A stretch of 64,000 bases of DNA, taken from positions 320,001 through 384,000 of the forward strand of contig CAWJGT010000034.1 of assembly GCA_963842525.1 (NCBI GenBank), in the 5' to 3' direction. The position numbers and the translations under genes were made by a program. Under the pieces are notes generated by a model. It was given only the letters and a program-made list of their open reading frames with translations. It made no database searches and was not told the DNA's origin. Source of the stretch: an uncultured Holophagales bacterium. Its GTDB lineage: Bacteria; Acidobacteriota; Thermoanaerobaculia; Multivoradales; UBA5704. Positions 48,545-59,275 of this stretch are shown here, piece after piece (the first letter of the stretch is position 1; the number at the start of each line of letters is the position of its first letter).

Positions 48545-49560
48545 CTACGGCAAGAACCCCTCGATCACCGTCCCCCGCCCGGACTCCAGCGCCTTTTCGC
48601 GCACGAGCTGCCCTACGGCCAGGTCGAGGACGCCGAGGCCGAAGGGGCTGAAGACCGTGATTGCGGCCTCGTCGCGCTTGGGTGGCGCGGTGCCCGCCAG
48701 CAGGTCGGCGAGGGTACAGCGGATGAAGTCCCGGTTTCCCGCCTGCTGCTTGGCGAGGTGGATCGAGGTCTGGGCGCGGCTGACATGGTCGGCGTCGTCC
48801 ACCACGTTGTCCGCGGCGAGGATCACCCCGGCAGTGAGATCGCGCAGCGAGGTGTGGAGGATGGTGGCGCCCGGCGGGCATGCGGACAGGTCCGCCACGT
48901 GCGGCCGAACCGCGGTGGTGGCAAAGGCGATCAGGGGGCAGCTCCGGAAGATCTCGTCTGCGCTGTCCGCGACCTCCGCCTCGACGTCGCGATAGCCGTG
49001 CAGCATCTCCTGGAGCGCCGCGGCCATCGCTTGCGCCCGCTCGCGGTGCAGGTCGAAGAGGACGAAGCGCTCGAGGTCCGGGACGGCCCGCACCAGGAAG
49101 CGGGCGGTCTCGAAATTGATCACCCCGGTGCCGATCAGCCCTGCCACGCGAGTCTGGCGTCCCTTGCGCAGCTCGCGGGCAGCCAGGGCGGCGCTCGCGG
49201 CCGTCCGCCGGGCACTGATCGACGAGCTCTCCAGGATTGCCTCCGGCAGGCCGGTGGTCGCGCTGTTGAGGATCAGCACCGCCGAGGCGCGCGCCAAGCC
49301 CCGCTTCAGGTTGCCGGGAAACGAGGCGATCCACTTCATGCCGGCGACGCCGAAGCCGTCACCCAGGTAGGCGGGCAAGGCAATGATACGGTTGAGGTCG
49401 TCGTTGGGAAAGCGGAGGAAGGTCGAGTGCGGGAGCGAGTCTCGCCGCGGCCATGCGCCAGGTAGGCGCGCGCCACCACGTCCATGACCTCCGTCTCCCG
49501 GCCGGCGAGGAGCGATGCCACCTCGCCGCCGCGCAGGATCAGGATGTCGTCATCTCTCAT
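48545..49560 (-). CDS. sbnB: 2,3-diaminopropionate biosynthesis protein SbnB (ornithine cyclodeaminase family), one indel near 49438
   Basis: AYLAHGRGE|SLPHSTFLRFP...RIIALPAYLG, GMKWIASFPGN, RASAVLILN, SISARRTAASAALAA, LIGTGVINFE, FSPFGLGVLDLA; overlaps the sbnA stop. Confidence 0.88.
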
Positions 49561-50612
49561 TTAAACAGGGTCTCGTTCTCGGGCCAGAGATCGGTCCCCT
49601 CGCCGAAGTGGCCACGCACCCATTCGTCCGAGTAGACCGTGTCCAGATAGCGCTCGCCGCGATCGGGCAGGATCACGACGCAGGTAGCGCCGGCGGGGAT
49701 CCTATCCCGGATCTTGCCGACCGCGCTCACCAGCCCTCCAGAGGAGGCGCCGGCAAGGATCCCTTCGCGGCGCACCAGCGCACGGCAGCCGGCGATGCAT
49801 TCGAGGTCGGAGACGTGGACACATTCGTCGATGTACTGGAGGTCGCAGAGCGGGGGGCGCAGACCCGCCCCCATGCCGGGCAGGTGGCGGGGACCCTGGA
49901 CGTCGGAGAAGATCAGGCTCCCCACCGAGTCGACCGCCACGACCCTGGTCACCAGCCCGTGCCGGCGCACGTACTCGCCGCAGCCGCGGACCGTGCCGCA
50001 GGTGCTGGTGGCACAGAAGACGTAGTCGACCTTGTCGTTGAGCTCCTCGACGATCTCACGCATGGTGGTGCGGAAGTGCGCGCCCGCATTGCTCTCGTTG
50101 GCGTACTGGTTGGGCCAGAACGAGCTTGCTCGAGCTCCTCCACGAGCTGCCGGACGCGCTTGAGCCGGGCCGGCAGGAGCTCGCCCGGTCTCCGGATCGG
50201 GCTCGGCGACGAAGTCGATCTGTGCGCCGTAGACCTCGAGAATGCGCAGATTCTGGTGCGACGCCTTGATGTCGACGACGCAGATGAAGCGCAGACCGAA
50301 GTACGCGCAGGCCTGCGCGAGGCCGATGCCCATGTTGCCCGAGCTCGACTCGACGACGACCGTGTCGGGCCCTACGTGGCCGGCGCGGATCGCCGCTTCG
50401 AGGATCTCGATCGCCGGCCGGTCCTTGAGGCTCCCGCCGGGGTTGAGCGCCTCCAGCTTGCCGAAAAGGCGGAAGGGCAGATCCGGGTAGACCTTTTCCA
50501 GGCGGACGAGCGGCGTGCTGCCCACCGCGGCCAACACCCCCTTCCTCGTCATCTCCTCGCCGACCGGCGCGGACAGCGTACCGTTTCGTGGGAGAGCGGA
50601 GAGCGTCGTCAT
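49557..50612 (-). CDS. sbnA: 2,3-diaminopropionate biosynthesis protein SbnA (PLP-dependent, cysteine synthase fold)
   Basis: KLEALNPGGSLKDR, ESSSGNMGIGLA, WPNQY, CATSTCGT, LPDRGERYLDT; adjacent to sbnB; short compensating frameshift at about 50125-50186. Confidence 0.9.
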   Translation of the reverse strand: MTTLSALPRNGTLSAPVGEEMTRKGVLAAVGSTPLVRLEKVYPDLPFRLFGKLEALNPGGSLKDRPAIEILEAAIRAGHVGPDTVVVESSSGNMGIGLAQACAYFGLRFICVVDIKASHQNLRILEVYGAQIDFVAEPDPETGRAPAGPAQARPAARGGARASSFWPNQYANESNAGAHFRTTMREIVEELNDKVDYVFCATSTCGTVRGCGEYVRRHGLVTRVVAVDSVGSLIFSDVQGPRHLPGMGAGLRPPLCDLQYIDECVHVSDLECIAGCRALVRREGILAGASSGGLVSAVGKIRDRIPAGATCVVILPDRGERYLDTVYSDEWVRGHFGEGTDLWPENETLFK

Positions 50613-50841
50613 CGTCTGTCACCTCTCTGAAGGGGCCTCGCAGCAAATCGCACCATCCCTAACTCTATGTACGCTCAAGCCAAGGAAGCGGGACAAAACG
50701 AGCCTGGGACGTTGCCGCTAGAGCAAACTCCGGCGCTGTGCTAGCATCGCCGCGCCATAAGGCCACGTACGCCCGGCGGAGCCCCCGCCGGCCTCAGTCG
50801 GGCGGTTCTCGCGCCGGCGAACGAATCACAAGGAGGGGACG

Positions 50842-51303
50842 GTGAAACTCGGAGATGTCCTGAAGAAAGAGAGGGAGCGGAAAAAACTCTCGTCGGAAGA
50901 GACCGCGACCCGGCTTGGTATATCCCAGGAGCAGTACGGTGAGATCGAGGCCGGCGGCTCGCCGGCTGAAAAATGGGGTCCCTTGCTCGCCAAGATCGCG
51001 ATCAAGCTCGAGACGCCCACCTCGCGCCTGCTCGCCGAGAGCGGCAAGTCGGCCGACACCAAGAACGGCCAGGCCGCGGAGCTGATCCGCAAGCACCGCG
51101 AGCGCCGCGGCAAGACGGTCGAGCAGATGGCCGAGCAGCTCGAGATCTCGCGCGAAGAGTACGAAGAGATCGAGGCCGGGCAGTCCGGGATCGAGGAGTA
51201 CGGCCCGATCCTCCTGCACTACGCCGAGATCATCGAGCAGCCGGTCTTCAACCTCTTCTACCCCTGCGGCCTGCCGCTCGAAAAGCTGGACGACTATCCA
51301 TAG
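50842..51303 (+). CDS. Transcriptional regulator with two tandem XRE-family HTH domains
   Basis: Internal duplication LKKERERKKLSSEETATRLGISQEQYGEIEAG / IRKHRERRGKTVEQMAEQLEISREEYEEIEAG; AAGGAGG RBS; divergent from sbnA. Confidence 0.85.
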   Translation: MKLGDVLKKERERKKLSSEETATRLGISQEQYGEIEAGGSPAEKWGPLLAKIAIKLETPTSRLLAESGKSADTKNGQAAELIRKHRERRGKTVEQMAEQLEISREEYEEIEAGQSGIEEYGPILLHYAEIIEQPVFNLFYPCGLPLEKLDDYP

Positions 51304-51408
51304 CCGGTCGGCCGCGTGCCCGCGACTCGCCCTTGCACTCTGCCATCCGAATCGGCCTGCTCCCCGCAGGCCGATCGCTTTTCAACCCATGCTTCAGGAG
51401 CTCAACCG

Positions 51409-54400
51409 ATGATAGTGCGTCGATTTTTCCTTTCGTGCTCTCTTCTGCTGCTCCTGGCGGGCGCCTCCTCCGCCTTCGCCGCCCCCGCCAAGCCGGCAGC
51501 CGGCGGCCTCGACCCGGAGGTCTGGAAGGCCTACAGTTGGCGCGAGGTCGGCCCCTACCGCGGCGGCCGGTGCGCCGCCGTGACCGGCATCCCGGGTGAT
51601 GCCAAGACTTATTACTTCGGCGCCACCGGCGGCGGCGTGTGGAAGACGGTCGACGGCGGGCTCACCTGGAAGAACGTCTCCGACGGCTTCTTCGGCGGCT
51701 CGATCGGCGCGGTCGCGGTCTCCGAGTGGGACCCCAACGTCGTCTATGTCGGCGGCGGCGAAAAGACCGTCCGCGGCAACGTCTCGCACGGCGACGGCAT
51801 GTGGCGGTCGACCGACGCCGGCAAGACCTGGAAGCACGTCGGGCTCGACGACTCGCGCCACATCCCCCGCATCCGCGTCCATCCGAAGAACCCCGACCTG
51901 GTCTACGCCGCCGTGCTGGGCCACCTCTTCGGACCCAACGACATGCGCGGCGTCTACCGCTCGAAGGACGGCGGCGAGCACTGGGAGCGGCTGCTCTACG
52001 TCAACGACAAGGTCGGTGCGATCGACCTCGCGATGGACCCGACCAATCCGCGGATCCTCTACGCCACGATGTGGAACGTGAAGCGCACGCCGTGGAGCCT
52101 GGAGAGCGGCGGCCCCGGCTCCGGCATCTGGAAGAGCACCGACGGCGGCGACCACTGGACCGAGCTGACCCGCAACCCCGGCCTGCCCAAGGGCACCCTG
52201 GGCATCATCGGGATCACCGTCTCGCCGACCAACCCGGAGAACGTCTACGCCATGGTCGAGGCGGACGAAGGCGGCGTCTTCCGCTCGCGCGACGGCGGCA
52301 AGACCTGGACCAAGACCAACGAGGACCGGGGCCTGCGCCAGCGGGCCTGGTACTACACCAGGATCTATGCCGACACCGCCGACGAGGACGTGGTCTACGT
52401 CCTCAACGTCCAGTTCCACCGCTCCAAGGACGGCGGCAGGACCTTCAGGAACATCCCCGTGCCGCACGGCGACAACCACGACCTGTGGATCGCGCCCGAG
52501 GACCCCCTGCGGATGATCCAGAGCAACGACGGCGGAGCCAACGTCTCGACCGATGGCGGCACGACCTGGACGCCGCAGAACAACCAGCCCACCGCCCAGT
52601 TCTACCGGGTGTCGACCGACAATCACTTCCCCTACCGCATCCTCGGCGGGCAACAGGACAACAGCGCCGTGCGCATCCTGAGCCGCGCGCCGGGCGGCGG
52701 TATCGGCTTCGACGACTGGCAGGAGACGGCCGGCGGCGAGAGCGGCTACATCGTCGCCGATCCCGAGAACCCGGACATCGTCTACGGCGGCTCCTATGGC
52801 GGCTTCCTGCACCGCGTCGACCACGACACCGGTGCGCAGCGCGACGTCAACATCTGGCCGAACGACCCCATGGGCGCAGGCGCCGCGGACCTCAAGTACC
52901 GGTTCCAGTGGAACTACCCGATCCTCTTCTCGCCGAACGACCCGAACACCCTCTATGCCTCGGCCAACGTCCTCTTCAAGAGCACGGACGAGGGACAGAG
53001 CTGGGAGCCGATCTCGCCCGACCTGACGCGCAACGACAAGTCCAAGCTGGGACCGTCCGGCGGCCCCATCACCAAGGACAACACGTCCGTCGAGTACTAC
53101 GCGACGATCTTCACCGTCGCCGAATCGCCGCTCGAGAAGGGGGTGATCTGGGCCGGCTCGGACGACGGCCTGATCCATGTGACGCGCGACGGCGGCAAGA
53201 ACTGGAGCAACGTCACTCCCAAGGGACTCCCCGAGTGGGCGCAAGTCAACGCCATCGACGCGCACCCGTTCGAGAAGGGGGGCGCCTACGTGGCCGCCAC
53301 CCGCTACAAGAGCGACGATTTCCTGCCCTATCTCTACAGGACGACCGATTACGGCAAGAGCTGGACGCGCATCGACGACGGCATCGACCGGATGCATTTC
53401 ACGCGCGTCGTGCGAGCCGATCCGGGCAAGCGCGGCGTCCTCTACGCCGGCACCGAGCGCGGCGTCTACGTCTCCTTCGACAACGGCCGCAAGTGGCAGC
53501 CGCTCCAGCTCAACCTCCCCATCGTGCCGATCACCGACCTCACGATCAAGAACGGTGACCTGGTGGCCGCCACCCAGGGGCGCGGCTTCTGGGTGCTCGA
53601 CAACGTGTCGTTCGTGCACCAGTTGCCGACCGACCTCGCGAGCCTGGCTGGCGAGCCGGCCCACCTCTTCGCTCCGGCGCCCGCCTACCGCCTGTTGGAC
53701 GGCTTCAACTTCCAGCCGCCGGGCATGGGCCAGAACCCGCCGGCCGGCACAGCCGTCTACTACTACCTGCCGGAGGCGCCGCCCGGCCAGACCCTGAAGC
53801 TGGAGATCCTCGACAGCGCCGGCACGACCCTCCGGACCTTCACGGGCAAGTCCGAGGCCGCCCCCGCCCCAGGCGACGAGAAGACGGCCGAGAAGAAGGA
53901 CAAGGAGAAGGAGGCCGCCAAGCCGCAGGACCCCGCTCAGAAGCCCGACGTGGGCAACCCGGAGAAAGACCCGGCCAAACAGGAGAAGGAGAAGGAAGAG
54001 GAGGAACCTGACGAAGAAGAGGAGAAGCCGGCCGTCCAGAAGGGGCTCAACCGCTTCATCTGGGATCACCGCTATCCTCTGCTCGGCAAGGTCCCCGGCA
54101 TGATCACCTGGTCGGGCGACCCGATCCAGCCCGTGGTCCTGCCCGGCGACTACCAGGTCCGCCTCACCTTCGGCGACAAGAGCTGGACGGCGCCCGCCCG
54201 CATCCTCCCGGACCCGCGCACCAACGCAAAGCCGGAGGACCTCCAGGCCCAGCACCAGTTCCTCGTCGAGATCCGCGACAAGATCGTCGAGACTCACGAC
54301 GCCATCCGCCGCATCCGCGAGGTCCGCGCCCAGCTCGACGACCTGCGCAAGCGGCTCGGCAAGGACGACAAGTACGACGCCCTGCTCGAGTCGGCGAAGG

Positions 54401-54708
54401 CGCTCGACAAGAAAATGACCGCGGTGGAAGAGGCCCTCTACCAGACCAAGAACCGCAGCCCGCAGGACCCGCTCAACTTCCCCATCCGCCTGAACGACAA
54501 GCTCAATGCCCTGGGTGCCTCCGCCAGCCTCGGCGACTTCCGGCCCACCAACCAGGCCGTGCAGGTCAAGCAGGAGCTGACCGCGGCGATCGACGCCGAG
54601 CTGGCCAAACTGACCGGCATCTGGACGACCGAGCTGGCCGCGTTCAACGAGCGAGCGGCGCGCGAGCAGGTTGCGACGGTGATTGTGCCCGTTCCTCGGC
54701 TAAAATAG
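51409..54708 (+). CDS. Secreted VPS10/sortilin-like BNR-repeat beta-propeller protein (putative glycosyl hydrolase)
   Basis: Signal peptide after an AGGAG RBS; WREVGPYRGGR start; many S/TxDGGxTW Asp-box repeats; coiled-coil C-terminus. Confidence 0.88.
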   Translation: MIVRRFFLSCSLLLLLAGASSAFAAPAKPAAGGLDPEVWKAYSWREVGPYRGGRCAAVTGIPGDAKTYYFGATGGGVWKTVDGGLTWKNVSDGFFGGSIGAVAVSEWDPNVVYVGGGEKTVRGNVSHGDGMWRSTDAGKTWKHVGLDDSRHIPRIRVHPKNPDLVYAAVLGHLFGPNDMRGVYRSKDGGEHWERLLYVNDKVGAIDLAMDPTNPRILYATMWNVKRTPWSLESGGPGSGIWKSTDGGDHWTELTRNPGLPKGTLGIIGITVSPTNPENVYAMVEADEGGVFRSRDGGKTWTKTNEDRGLRQRAWYYTRIYADTADEDVVYVLNVQFHRSKDGGRTFRNIPVPHGDNHDLWIAPEDPLRMIQSNDGGANVSTDGGTTWTPQNNQPTAQFYRVSTDNHFPYRILGGQQDNSAVRILSRAPGGGIGFDDWQETAGGESGYIVADPENPDIVYGGSYGGFLHRVDHDTGAQRDVNIWPNDPMGAGAADLKYRFQWNYPILFSPNDPNTLYASANVLFKSTDEGQSWEPISPDLTRNDKSKLGPSGGPITKDNTSVEYYATIFTVAESPLEKGVIWAGSDDGLIHVTRDGGKNWSNVTPKGLPEWAQVNAIDAHPFEKGGAYVAATRYKSDDFLPYLYRTTDYGKSWTRIDDGIDRMHFTRVVRADPGKRGVLYAGTERGVYVSFDNGRKWQPLQLNLPIVPITDLTIKNGDLVAATQGRGFWVLDNVSFVHQLPTDLASLAGEPAHLFAPAPAYRLLDGFNFQPPGMGQNPPAGTAVYYYLPEAPPGQTLKLEILDSAGTTLRTFTGKSEAAPAPGDEKTAEKKDKEKEAAKPQDPAQKPDVGNPEKDPAKQEKEKEEEEPDEEEEKPAVQKGLNRFIWDHRYPLLGKVPGMITWSGDPIQPVVLPGDYQVRLTFGDKSWTAPARILPDPRTNAKPEDLQAQHQFLVEIRDKIVETHDAIRRIREVRAQLDDLRKRLGKDDKYDALLESAKALDKKMTAVEEALYQTKNRSPQDPLNFPIRLNDKLNALGASASLGDFRPTNQAVQVKQELTAAIDAELAKLTGIWTTELAAFNERAAREQVATVIVPVPRLK

Positions 54709-54715
54709 ATCCCCG

Positions 54716-54742
54716 GGGAGGCCGGCGTCCGGCCGGGCCTCC
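54716..54742 (+). terminator. GC-rich stem-loop after the VPS10-like gene
   Basis: gggaggcc ... ggcctccc inverted repeat just after the stop; no U-tract. Confidence 0.3.
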
Positions 54743-54783
54743 CACCTCCACCAACTCACGAGAGTCCTAGCGAAGGCCGAATC

Positions 54784-56583
54784 ATGACTGTACTGACCGA
54801 TCGAACGACCAGCTATGAGCTCGGGCCCTGGGACCTTTCGGAGCTGCTCCCGGAGCCGAGCGAAGCGGTGCTCAGCCAGCGGCTCGCCCACCTCGAGGCG
54901 GCGGTGGCGGCCTTCGAGCAGTGCCGCGGCAGGCTGCATCCACAGATGGACTCGGGCGAATTCCTCGACATCCTCCGCCAGTACGAGGCGCTCATCGAAG
55001 AGATGAACGTCCTCGGCGGCTACGCGTCGCTCTGGTTCTACTCCGACACCAGCAGCCAGGACGCGCTGACCTTCCGCAACCGGGTCCGCCAGGCCTCGAC
55101 GGCGGCCCACAACCGCATCCTGTTCTTCACGCTGTGGTGGCGCGGGCTCTCCGACGACGAGGCCCAGCGGCTGCTGCCGTCCGATCCCGCGCACGCCGAC
55201 CAGCGGCACTACCTGCGCGACCTGCGGCGGTTCCGCGCCCACACGCTCGACGAGAAGTCCGAGCAGATCATCAACATCAAGGACGACAACGGCATCGGCG
55301 CGGTGATGACCCTCTACTCCATGCTCACCAACCGGTTGGAGTTCACGTTGGAGGCGGACGGCGAGGTCAAGAAGCTGACCCGCGACGGGCTGATGAGCTA
55401 CGCCTTCTCACCCCAGCCCGACCTGCGGGAAGCCGCCTACCAGGAGCTCTACCGGATCTACGCGCACGAAGCGACGATCCTCGGCCAGATCTACGTCAAC
55501 CGGGTGCGCGACTGGTATGACGAGCAGGTGGTCCTGCGCGGCTACAAGTCGCCGATCGCCGTGCGCAACACCGACAACGACATCCCCGACCGCGCCGTCG
55601 AGGTGCTGCTCGAAGTGGCACGCGACAACGCGCCGCTGTTCCAGCGCTACTTCCGCATGAAGGCCGGCTGGCTCGGCCTCGACCGCCTGCGCCGCTACGA
55701 CCTCTACGCGCCGCTCGCTCCCTCGGACCGGCAAGTCCCCTACCCCGACGCGGTGCGCTCGGTGCTGGCGACCTTCCGGGCCTTTCATCCGGGGTTCGCC
55801 TCTCTCGCCGAGCGGGTCTTCGACGAGGGCCACCTGGACAGCGACATCCGCAGGGGCAAGCGGGGTGGCGCCTTCTGCTCCACCGTGCTGCCGCGCTACA
55901 CGCCCTGGGTGCTCGTCAACTACGCCGGCCGGGTGCGCGACGTGGCGACCCTCGCCCACGAGCTCGGGCACGCGATCCACAGCATGCTCGCCGAGCATCA
56001 TTCGGTGCTGACCCAGCACGCCTCCCTGCCGCTCGCCGAGACCGCATCCGTCTTCGGCGAGATGCTGATGACCGACCGGCTGCTGCGCGAGGAGAGCGAC
56101 CCGCTGATCCGCCGCGAGCTGCTGGCCGCGGCGGTCGACGACGTCTACGCCACGGTGCTGCGCCAGGCCTATTTCGTCCTCTTCGAGATCGAGGCCCACG
56201 AGGCCGCCCTCGCCGGCCGCACGATCGAGGAGATCAGCGACCTGTACCTGGGCAAGCTTCGCGATCAGTTCGGCGACAGCGTCGACGTGGCGCCGGAGTT
56301 CCGCTATGAGTGGCTGAGCATCCCGCACATCTACAACACACCCTTCTATTGCTACGCCTACAGCTTCGGTCAGCTCCTGGTGCTGGCGCTCTACCGGCGC
56401 TATCAGGAAGAGGGCGAAGCCTTCAAGCCCGGCTACCTGAAGCTCCTCGCCTATGGCGGCTCCGAGCGGCCGGAAACGATCCTGGCCGAGGTGGGCATCG
56501 ACATGGCCGACCGCACCTTCTGGCAGGGCGGCTTCGACCTCGTCCGCGAGAGGATCGACGAGCTGGAAGCGATCGAGCTGTAA
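54784..56583 (+). CDS. pepF: M3B family oligoendopeptidase F
   Basis: WDLSEL start, GKRGGAFC, zinc motif TLAHELGHAIH, LAETASVFGE, IPHIYNTPFYCYAYSFGQL. Confidence 0.9.
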   Translation: MTVLTDRTTSYELGPWDLSELLPEPSEAVLSQRLAHLEAAVAAFEQCRGRLHPQMDSGEFLDILRQYEALIEEMNVLGGYASLWFYSDTSSQDALTFRNRVRQASTAAHNRILFFTLWWRGLSDDEAQRLLPSDPAHADQRHYLRDLRRFRAHTLDEKSEQIINIKDDNGIGAVMTLYSMLTNRLEFTLEADGEVKKLTRDGLMSYAFSPQPDLREAAYQELYRIYAHEATILGQIYVNRVRDWYDEQVVLRGYKSPIAVRNTDNDIPDRAVEVLLEVARDNAPLFQRYFRMKAGWLGLDRLRRYDLYAPLAPSDRQVPYPDAVRSVLATFRAFHPGFASLAERVFDEGHLDSDIRRGKRGGAFCSTVLPRYTPWVLVNYAGRVRDVATLAHELGHAIHSMLAEHHSVLTQHASLPLAETASVFGEMLMTDRLLREESDPLIRRELLAAAVDDVYATVLRQAYFVLFEIEAHEAALAGRTIEEISDLYLGKLRDQFGDSVDVAPEFRYEWLSIPHIYNTPFYCYAYSFGQLLVLALYRRYQEEGEAFKPGYLKLLAYGGSERPETILAEVGIDMADRTFWQGGFDLVRERIDELEAIEL

Positions 56584-56584
56584 A

Positions 56585-58295
56585 TCAGCGGGGCCGGTAG
56601 AGCCGCAGCACCGGCCCCGTCCGCAGGTCCGTCGGGACCCACTCCTTCACCAGCTCGAAGGACCGGAAGATCTCCTGGTACCGCTCCGCCATCGCGCGCT
56701 GGTGGGGCCGCGTCAGCGCTGCCGGGTCCTGGAACCGGAGATAGGCGGAATTCGCCACCAGGACATAGTCGAACCGTCGCAGCTCGGCCATTGACAGCCG
56801 GGTGACGAAGCGCCGGTGCAGCACCTTGTACTCGCCCGCCGGAAAGTTGGGCGTGTAGGTCTCCTTGGCGATCGACGCGCCGCGCGGCACGTTCTCCCGG
56901 ACCCAGGCCGCGGCCACGTCCCGCGTGCTCGGGCTCGCCAGGCCGATCGCCTGCCGGACCGTGCGGTCCGCCGGCAGCCAGAGGCAGACCGCAGCAAGCA
57001 AAGCGGCCAGCGCCGGACGCAGCCCGCGCTGTCGAAGGCCGCCCAGCCGCTCGATCCACTCCGCGATCCCCACCCCGAGGAAGGCCGCCAGGATCGGGAG
57101 CGCCGGGTAGAGGTTGCGCTTGACCACCATGTGCATCGACGAAATCAGCACCAGGTACGCCACCGGATAGGCGGCGAGCCAAAGCCACCGCCGCCGCTCG
57201 CGTCCCGCAGCCAGGTACAGGATGAGCCCTGACAGGCCAGCGATCAATGCCGGCAGGCCGAAGCTCCAGGCCAGGTCCCGTGTGTAGGCGGCTACATTGC
57301 TGTGCGGCATCACGCCGAGCCAACCGCCCCGGCCGTACTGGCGGGCGCCGAAGAACACCCCTCTCCGGCCTTCGAACGCCGCCTCCGGGAAGACCACGAG
57401 ACTGGGCATCACAACGAGGAACGCCGCGATCGCCGCGAGACCCGCCCAGAGGAGACCCAGCCCGAAGTCCCGCCGCGAGATCCGCCAACGCACCCAGACG
57501 GCCACGATCGCCACCGCCACGAGGCCGGCCGGATACTTGCTCCCCGCCGCCAGCCCGGCGGCGACCCCGGCGAGGAGGTAATCGACCGCCCGCTCCTCCT
57601 CCAGCAGCCGTGCCACGAAAAGAAGGCAGACCGTAGCAAAGAACGCTGACGGGACATCGCAGATATTGAGGTGCGATCCCTCGTTGTACAGCGGCGAGAA
57701 GATCAGCAGCAGTGAGCCGAGAGCTCCTGCCCATATGCCTCCCATCCGTTCGCCGATCCGATACACCGGAACGACCGTGAGCGCCGAGAGCAGCCCTACG
57801 ACCGATCGCAACACGAGCCACGACACTCCCAGCGGCTCCGTCACTCCCACGAGGCGCGCCCATCCGCCCACCACGCCCGGGAAGAGCGACGCCAGCCAGA
57901 GGGCCAGTGCGTCCGCGTAGTACATCAAGTGTGGATAGACGAACGAGAGGCGCAGCGGCTGTCCGCCGACGATCTTGCTCGCATGGTGGTAGTAGGTCCC
58001 CTCGTCCGCGTAGTACCGCCCTTCGACCTCATGCGAAAGGCCGGTGAAGCGGACCGCCAGCGCGAGCACGACCAGAGCCGGCAGGAGCAGCGCCAGGACG
58101 AGCCCGGCCCTTTTTTCCCGCAATCCGGCGGGCCAGGAGGGCACCCAGCCAGAACACCGTCGCCAGCAGGGCCGCCACGACGACGACGCGGTCTACGACA
58201 GCCGGCAGGCCATGACCGAGAATGTCGAGGAGCCAGAGGAGGAGCACCAGGACCCACGAGAGCCCGGCCGCCCTGAAGCACACCCGCGACATCAT
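56585..58295 (-). CDS. GT39/ArnT-like (GT-C fold) membrane glycosyltransferase; probable homopolymer indel near 58112
   Basis: [25 protein letters not shown], many TM helices; a hydrophobic N-terminus [23 protein letters not shown] in the adjacent frame overlaps the ynfA stop. Confidence 0.8.
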
Positions 58296-58616
58296 CTCCG
58301 CCCGAAAAGGATCAACGCGGCACCCAGGAGGCAGAGGCCGGCTCCGCAGAGGTCCGCGAGATCGGGCCGCCGGAGACTCCATCACCCGCGCCCAGGCCAG
58401 CGCGGCCACGATGTAGATCGCGCCATAGGCGGCGAACGCCCGTCCGGCGAAATCAGACTCCACGAACGTCAGCGCCACGGCGAAGACGATCAGGCAGGCC
58501 GCTCCCGGAATCAGCCAGAGAGGGGAGCGGCCGAGCCGAAGCCACATCCAGACCATGTAGCAGCCTGCGATCTCGCAGCCGGCGGCAACCAGGAAGGCGA
58601 TCAGGCTCCGTGCCAT
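58292..58616 (-). CDS. ynfA: YnfA/UPF0060 family small membrane protein, one indel near 58376
   Basis: [20 protein letters not shown]...[19 protein letters not shown], continuing in the shifted frame [25 protein letters not shown]-stop. Confidence 0.85.
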
Positions 58617-58662
58617 CCGTGCAGCATTGCTCACCGCTGCGGGCGATGCAAGAGGCTCTTGC

Positions 58663-58959
58663 CTACCAGACGAACAACAGGTCGAACCGGTTGTCGGACG
58701 CGGCACCCGCGTGGTTGAAGCACCGGACCGACGCGCTGAAGTCGGCTCCTCCAGTGGTCCAGCTCACCACCTTGCACTGGTCCGCGTCCTCTCCGCCATA
58801 GGCCGTCACCTGAACGTGGCCTCCGGCTCCCCACGAGCCGCTCCCCGCGAACAGGGCGCCCCCGCCCACGGCCTTGCAGGTGACGGTATAGGTGCCGACC
58901 GCGGTTCGGGTCACGCTGATTCCCGCGGACCTGGCGAGCGAATTGTAGGAGTAGGGCAC
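58663..58959 (-). CDS. Small beta-rich hypothetical protein, probably the C-terminal remnant of a larger extracellular repeat protein
   Basis: YSYNS...VTRTAVGTY...[10 protein letters not shown]...CKVVSW...VRCFNHAG...D..F pattern with two Cys; no signal peptide or clear RBS. Confidence 0.55.
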   Translation of the reverse strand: MPYSYNSLARSAGISVTRTAVGTYTVTCKAVGGGALFAGSGSWGAGGHVQVTAYGGEDADQCKVVSWTTGGADFSASVRCFNHAGAASDNRFDLLFVW

Positions 58960-59275
58960 CGAATAGGCGCGCCAGCGCGAGCAACGTTACACGGGTAGAC
59001 CGCTTCCCTTCCCTGGGTAAGCAATTGCCCGATCCAAAGGCGAATTCCTGAGATCCTCCCACAGCGCCGGACCTGGCAATTCCTTTGCACCCGGACCGTT
59101 GACAGGCGACAAAGAGGTCCGCTGCCAACGTCAGCCGACATTTACTTCTGATTCCAGGCCCCTGCCGTGACTTTTCAAGTTGGGGAGCCCCGGCGGTGCC
59201 TCGCCCACTGCACCTGATGGATCTGAAGCGGCACGCCCGTATGGAGCGGAACGTGCCGTAGGAGAAGGAGAGGAT

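Noticed and set aside
48545-50612. Staphyloferrin B siderophore cluster
   Set aside because: Only sbnA and sbnB are present; no NIS synthetases or receptor genes.
53860-54030. Lys/Glu-rich low-complexity stretch in the VPS10-like protein
   Set aside because: Ordinary disordered linker.
58029-58706. YnfA fused to the glycosyltransferase N-terminus
   Set aside because: Created by one indel near 58376; correcting it restores a normal YnfA end with an overlapping downstream start.
59099-59130. TTGACA as a sigma70 -35 element for the 59276 gene
   Set aside because: No acceptable -10 hexamer at 16-18 bp spacing.
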